A stretch of 64,000 bases of DNA from an uncultured Actinomycetota bacterium (GTDB lineage: Bacteria; Actinomycetota; Actinomycetes; Propionibacteriales; Propionibacteriaceae), in contig CAVXBJ010000037.1 in NCBI GenBank assembly GCA_963759915.1, positions 828 through 64,827 of the forward strand, written 5' to 3'. Position 1 is the stretch's first letter; each line of letters opens with the position of its first letter. The notes under the pieces are model-generated. The model ran no database searches. It saw only the letters and a program-made list of their open reading frames with translations, and was not told the origin of the DNA. Below, piece by piece: positions 59,701-64,000 of this stretch. The translations under genes were made by a program, and so were the position numbers.

Positions 59701-60684
59701 GTGCAGATCGCCGTGACCGGATCCATCGCCATGGACCACCTGATGACCTTCCCCGGTCGCTTCGCCGAGTCGTTGGTGGTGGAGCAGCTCGACAAGATCT
59801 CGCTGAGCTTCCTGGTGGAGGACCTGCAGATCAAGCGCGGCGGGATCGCGCCGAACGTGTCGTTCGGTCTGGCCGCCCTCGGCCTGAACCCGTTGCTGGT
59901 CGGCTCGGTGGGGGAGGACTTCGGCGAGTACCGCGCCTGGCTCGACCGGCACGGCGTGCTCACCTGGCCGGTCCACGTGTCCGAGACCAAGCACACCGCC
60001 CGGTTCGTCTGCACCACCGATGCCGACAACGCCCAGATCGGCTCCTTCTACACCGGGGCGATGGCCGAGGCGCGGCAGATCGAGCTCGCCCCGATCGCGG
60101 CCAAGGTGGGTGGGCTGGATCTGGTGATCATCTCCCCGAACGACCCGGAGGCCATGCAGCGGCACACCGACGAGTGCCGGGCCCGCGGCTACCGCTTCAT
60201 CGCCGATCCCTCCCAGCAGATGGCCTGGTTGGACGGGCCCGCGATCACCCGGCTGATCGACGGCGCCGACTACCTGTTCTCCAACGACTACGAGGACACG
60301 CTGATCACCCAGAAGACCGGCTGGTCGCACGACGAGATCGTGTCCCGGGTGGGCGTCCGGGTGATGACGCGCGGCCGACGGGGGGCCCGGGTCGAGGTGG
60401 CCGGCCAGGAGCCGATCGACGTGCCGATCGCCCAGGAGACGGCCAAGCTCGACCCGACCGGGGTCGGTGACGCCTTCCGTGCCGGCTTCATCGCCGGGCT
60501 GTCCTGGGGTGTCTCGCTCGAGCGCTGCGCCCAGATCGGCTCGATGCTGTCCGCGTACGTGATCGCGGTCGTCGGCACCCAGGAGTACCGGTTCAACGGC
60601 TCGTTCCAGCGCCGGTTCGCCGACGCGTACGGCGACGAGGCCGCCGCCGACATCGCCCCGCACCTGGCGGGTCTGCGCCTGTGA
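59701..60684 (+). CDS. adoK: adenosine kinase (PfkB family, Rv2202c-like)
   Basis: VTGSIAMDHLMTFPGRF, SLSFLV, TARFVCTTD, DPSQQ, NDYE, DPTGVGDAFRAGF. Confidence 0.88.
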   Translation: MQIAVTGSIAMDHLMTFPGRFAESLVVEQLDKISLSFLVEDLQIKRGGIAPNVSFGLAALGLNPLLVGSVGEDFGEYRAWLDRHGVLTWPVHVSETKHTARFVCTTDADNAQIGSFYTGAMAEARQIELAPIAAKVGGLDLVIISPNDPEAMQRHTDECRARGYRFIADPSQQMAWLDGPAITRLIDGADYLFSNDYEDTLITQKTGWSHDEIVSRVGVRVMTRGRRGARVEVAGQEPIDVPIAQETAKLDPTGVGDAFRAGFIAGLSWGVSLERCAQIGSMLSAYVIAVVGTQEYRFNGSFQRRFADAYGDEAAADIAPHLAGLRL

Positions 60685-60984
60685 CGACTGCGGCGGGCCG
60701 AGCCGGCTCGGCGCCGCGGGTGGCGATCACGTACTGCACCCAGTGCCGGTGGCTGCTCCGGGCCGGCTGGCTGGCCTCGGAGCTGCTGACCACGTTCACC
60801 ACCGATCTCGGCGAGAGTGGCCCTGGTGCCGGGCACCGGTGGCGTGTTCCGGGTGGAGCTCGACGACGAGCTGCTCTGGGACCGCACCCGCGACGGCGGC
60901 TTCCCCGACCTCGCCCCGTTGAAACGCCTGGTCCGTGATCGGGTCGCGCCCGGCCGATCCCTCGGGCACAGCGACGGATCTTGA
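60681..60984 (+). CDS. SelT/SelW/SelH (Rdx) family protein, Cys form (frameshift ~60815)
   Basis: ITYCTQCRWLLRAGWLASELLTTF...PGTGGVF...GGFP..LKRLVRD..PGRSLGHSD. Confidence 0.88.
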
Positions 60985-61042
60985 CGGCGCCGCTCGACTC
61001 TTCTTGACGGCGCTGCTCGACTCTTCTTGACGGCGCTGCTCG
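60979..61042. repeat. 23-bp tandem repeat, 2.8 copies
   Basis: TCTTGACGGCGCyGCTCGACTCT at 60979, 61002 and (partial) 61025. Confidence 0.9.
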
Positions 61043-61054
61043 CCCGCGCCTTGG

Positions 61055-61128
61055 GGCCGCTCGTTCGTCGCGGGAGACACCGGACGAAAGAGCGTGTCCG
61101 ATGTCTTCCCGCTCCTGCACTCGCGGCC
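61055..61128. repeat. G·A-ladder hairpin repeat, copy F (variant)
   Basis: Minus strand GGCCGC-GA-GT-GCA-G-GA-GCGGGA..CGGAC-acgctctttc-GTCCG..TCCCGC-GA-C-GA-AC-GA-GCGGCC. Confidence 0.7.
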
Positions 61129-61202
61129 GCGCGGGCTTGCGCTACGCCTGAGCTACGTGACGGCTTGCGCTGCGTCCGAGCCGGCGTGGCTAGGCTCCGG
61201 GC

Positions 61203-61955
61203 ATGACCGACGAGACCGCACCCGAACCGTTCATCCCCGTCGACGAGAACTGGGACCGCGCCCTGTGCGTGGTCGCGCATCCCGATGACCTCGAGTTCGG
61301 TGCGGCCGCGGCGGTGGCGCGCTGGACGGAGCAGGGCAAGACCGTCGTGTACGCGATGGTCACCAGCGGCGAAGCCGGGATCGACGCGATGAGCCCGGAC
61401 GAGTGCCGGGTGGTCCGGGAAGCCGAGCAGGTCGAGTCCGGTCGGATCGTCGGCGTCGACGTGGTCGAGTTCCTGGGTCAACCGGACGGGGTGCTGGAGT
61501 ACGGTGTGCCGCTCCGCAAGGTGATCTGTGCGGCGGTGCGGCGACACCAGCCCGAGATCGTCATCACCAACAACTTCCGGCCCACCTGGGGCGGCCAGTC
61601 GCTCAACCAGGCCGACCACATCGCGGTCGGGGATGGCCACCTTGGACGCGGTCCGGGATGCCGGCAACCGGTGGGTGTTCCACGACCAGATCGCCGCCGG
61701 GCTGCAGCCCTGGGGTGGCGTCAAGCAGGTGTGGGCGGCGGGTCACCGGACGGTCGGCACGCCGTCGAGACGACGGCGACGTTCGATCGCGGGGTGGCGT
61801 CCCTGGAGGCCCACCGTGCCTACATCGACGGGCTGGGCTGGGAGTTCTTCGACCCGCGGGAGTTCCTGGAGGGTGCGGCCCGACCCGCCGGCACCCGGCT
61901 CGGCGTACCGATGGCGACGACGTTCGAGGTGTTCTCGATGGGCTGGGGTGAGTGA
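61203..61955 (+). CDS. PIG-L / LmbE family deacetylase (compensating frameshifts)
   Basis: VAHPDDLEFG, TSGEAG, REAEQ, DG, NQADH; TAGGCT -10 element (leaderless). Confidence 0.88.
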   Translation: MTDETAPEPFIPVDENWDRALCVVAHPDDLEFGAAAAVARWTEQGKTVVYAMVTSGEAGIDAMSPDECRVVREAEQVESGRIVGVDVVEFLGQPDGVLEYGVPLRKVICAAVRRHQPEIVITNNFRPTWGGQSLNQADHIAVGDGHLGRGPGCRQPVGVPRPDRRRAAALGWRQAGVGGGSPDGRHAVETTATFDRGVASLEAHRAYIDGLGWEFFDPREFLEGAARPAGTRLGVPMATTFEVFSMGWGE

Positions 61956-62030
61956 TCGCTCCGTGACCTGCGGACCGGCGCAACGTTCCGATCACGACAC
62001 GACGCGCCGTCGGCGCGATGCTCGACCGAC

Positions 62031-62078
62031 TGTCGGTGGCGGCGTGTAGCGTGGTTCCTAGTTCGAACGCGATTTCGA
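62031..62078 (+). promoter_or_regulatory. PafBC-type promoter followed by a LexA box
   Basis: TGTCGG(62031)-tggcggcgtg-TAGCGT(62047-62052); TCGAAC-gcga-TTTCGA at 62063-62078 (one mismatch to TCGAAC-N4-GTTCGA). Confidence 0.75.
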
Positions 62079-62223
62079 TTCAGGGCTTGGGGAAGACCTG
62101 GTCGACGATGGTGATCGGATCGACGCAGTGATTCGCGCCTGCGTGCCCGGGCTGGCCCCGGCGCGGACGGACCTCGACCCCCGTGCGTGCCGGGCCTCCC
62201 GATGGGCGATGCGCAGCATCGCC
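62059..62223 (+). ncRNA. candidate DNA-damage-inducible structured RNA
   Basis: Four hairpins (62075-62105, 62123-62144, 62154-62196, 62205-62223) downstream of the promoter and no credible ORF. Confidence 0.35.
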
Positions 62224-62293
62224 GCCGCCGGTGGGTGTCCTCCGCCGCCGTCCGCGATAGCCTCACGGGTGAGCCCAGTCTGAGGAGGACGAA

Positions 62294-63003
62294 GTGCCGG
62301 ACCTGCGTCGCCGCCGATCCGTGACCCAGTCGCACCTGGACGACGTCCTCACCGCGCTGCTGGCCGCCTGGGCGGTCGACCATCCCGGTCGGGACGTCGT
62401 GGACCTGGGCGGGGGCACCGGCGGGATGGCGATGGAGCTCGGGGCGAACGGCTACCGGGTACGGGTGGTCGATCCCAGTCCGGACGCGCTGGCCGCGCTG
62501 GAGCGGCGTACGGCCGAGGAAGGTCTCGCCGACCGGGTGACGGCGATCCAGGGCGATGCCACCGAGCTCGTCGAGGTGGTCGGGCCGCCGAGCGCGGACC
62601 TGGTGTCTGCCACAAGGTGCTCGAGGTGGTGGACGACCCCGACCAGGCGCTCGCAGCGGTGGCGGGTGTCCTCCGGTCGGGAGGAGCGCTCAGCCCTGGT
62701 GTGCCCAGCGCCACGCGGCCGTCCTGACCCAGGCCCTGGCCGGACACATCGCGCAGGCTCGACGCTCCTGGAACGACCCGGAGCGCTTCGATCGGGCGCG
62801 GATCCTGGCCCTGGTCCGTCCGCCGGCTTCGAGGTGCGGCCACGCACGGGATCGGCACGGTCTCCGGTCACGTCGCCGAGGCCGTCCTCGAGACCGAGCC
62901 CGGGGCCCACGCCGAGCTGCTGGAGCTGGAGGCAGAGGTCGCCGAGGACCCGGCCTTCCAGGCGCTCGCTCCGCACCTGCACGTCTTCGCGATCAAGCCC
63001 TAA
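62294..63003 (+). CDS. class I SAM-dependent methyltransferase (frameshifted)
   Basis: VVDLGGGTGG, VVDPSPDALAAL, QGDA, CH.VLE.VDDP, LLELE...P.F..LA..LHV; GAGGAGG RBS; possible own -10 TAGCCT at 62258. Confidence 0.85.
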
Positions 63004-64000
63004 CGGCGGTCGCGCGCTCGACCAGCTCCGGTACGACCTCGGCGGGTGCCGGCATCGCTCGCGATCTCGGCGGCACCCGGCCGCCGTCACCCGCTCGGGG
63101 CAGTCACCCAGCAGCGGTTCGACCAGTGCGGCGATCGAGCCAGGGGTGTAGTCGTCGTTCGCCTGGTGACGACCGGCGCCGGCTCCGGCGATGAGTCGGC
63201 GTTGAACGGCTGGTCGGCACCCTGCGGCAGGATCACCTGGGGCAGTCCGGCCCCGAGGGCGGCCAGCACCGTGCCGGTGCCGCCGTGGTGGACGATCAGG
63301 TCCACCCGGCTCGAGCACGTCCGCCTGGGGGACGAACCGCTCCACGTGCACGTTGTCCGGAAGCCCCGCGAGCACCGCCGGATCGCCCTCCGGACCGACG
63401 GCGACGAGCAGGTCGACATCGAGGCCGGCGATCTCCGAGGCCGCCCGGCGCAGGACGTCGACGGCACCGAACGAGACGGTGCCCAGGGTCAGGTAGACGC
63501 GCGGCCGGGGCCGGCGTCAGCCACCGGCAGCGCGGCCTCCGCACCCCGCCAGGCGACCGACCGGATCGGGAGGCGGGGACGTCGTCGTACGGCAGTCGGA
63601 GCGAGGGCGGGCAGGGATCGAGGAGGGCCTGCCGAGCAGCTTCGAGTCGGGTGGGGTGAGCCCGCGCTCGAGCCAGCGCCCCCGCTGGTAGCCGATGGTG
63701 ACCGGGTGCAGGGTCGACGGCCATGAACGGCGCCAGGCCGATGGCGAAGTCCAGGGTCGGTACGCCAGCAGGTCGCCCGCGACCGCCGCGCCGAGGTGCA
63801 GTGGTTCTGTCACCAGCAGATCGGCGCGCTCCGCGGCGAGGACCTCGAGCATGGTCGTCGTGGTGGCGCCGGCCGTGACGTCACCGAACATGGCCAGCGT
63901 GGCCTCGAAGCCGTGCAGGTCGGGTGCGCCGCCGTACCTCCTGCTCGGCCCAGGCCAGGTCGACCTCGGCGGGCAGGCCGGGCACCGTGCGTACCGGAAG
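62993..64000 (-). CDS. GT1 (EryCIII/MGT-like) glycosyltransferase, 5' end beyond the window, frameshifted
   Basis: YLTLGTV, VERFVPQADVL, IVHHGGTGTVLAALGAGLPQVILPQGADQPFNA. Confidence 0.85.

Noticed and set aside
60681-60984. Selenoprotein (SelW-like) with UGA recoding
   Set aside because: The motif is encoded TGC-ACC-CAG-TGC (CxxC), with no in-frame TGA
60979-61042. Possible CRISPR array
   Set aside because: The units are contiguous with no spacers, and there are no cas genes in the window

Overview
High-GC actinobacterial chromosomal segment. Gene order and content suggest Propionibacteriales (Microlunatus/Friedmanniella-like); this is inference. The conserved backbone is ctaD-ctaF ... qcrB-qcrA-qcrC-ctaE, a receiver-domain gene, trpD, ppiA, rhomboid, Lrp/AsnC, an Rv2191-like DEDD/GIY-YIG nuclease, NlpC/P60, GT4, SRPBCC, ROK glucokinase, two plsC genes, class II DAHP synthase, PASTA kinase, thiG/S/O/E, polyprenyl synthase, metF, HelD-like helicase and adenosine kinase. 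Accessory blocks include an AlkZ-like glycosylase, guaB1, a GST-omega, a urease operon and an RNase/barstar pair. Many genes, including essential ones, carry single-base frameshifts, most likely from an unpolished long-read assembly, so several coordinates are approximate. No rRNA, tRNA, CRISPR or transposase was recognised. The most interesting signals are non-coding or tiny. (1) Six copies at five loci of a dispersed ~125-bp repeat whose purine-rich strand folds into a hairpin of tandem G·A ladders with covarying stems, a conserved ACGCTTTTC-like loop and GNA mini-hairpins; the copies sit at synteny breakpoints and bracket one gene as an inverted pair. (2) A PafBC-type plus LexA-type promoter that appears to drive a structured ORF-less RNA at ~62.06-62.22 kb. 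(3) A LexA-box, leaderless pair of tiny paralogous uncharacterised proteins at 8.95-9.5 kb.
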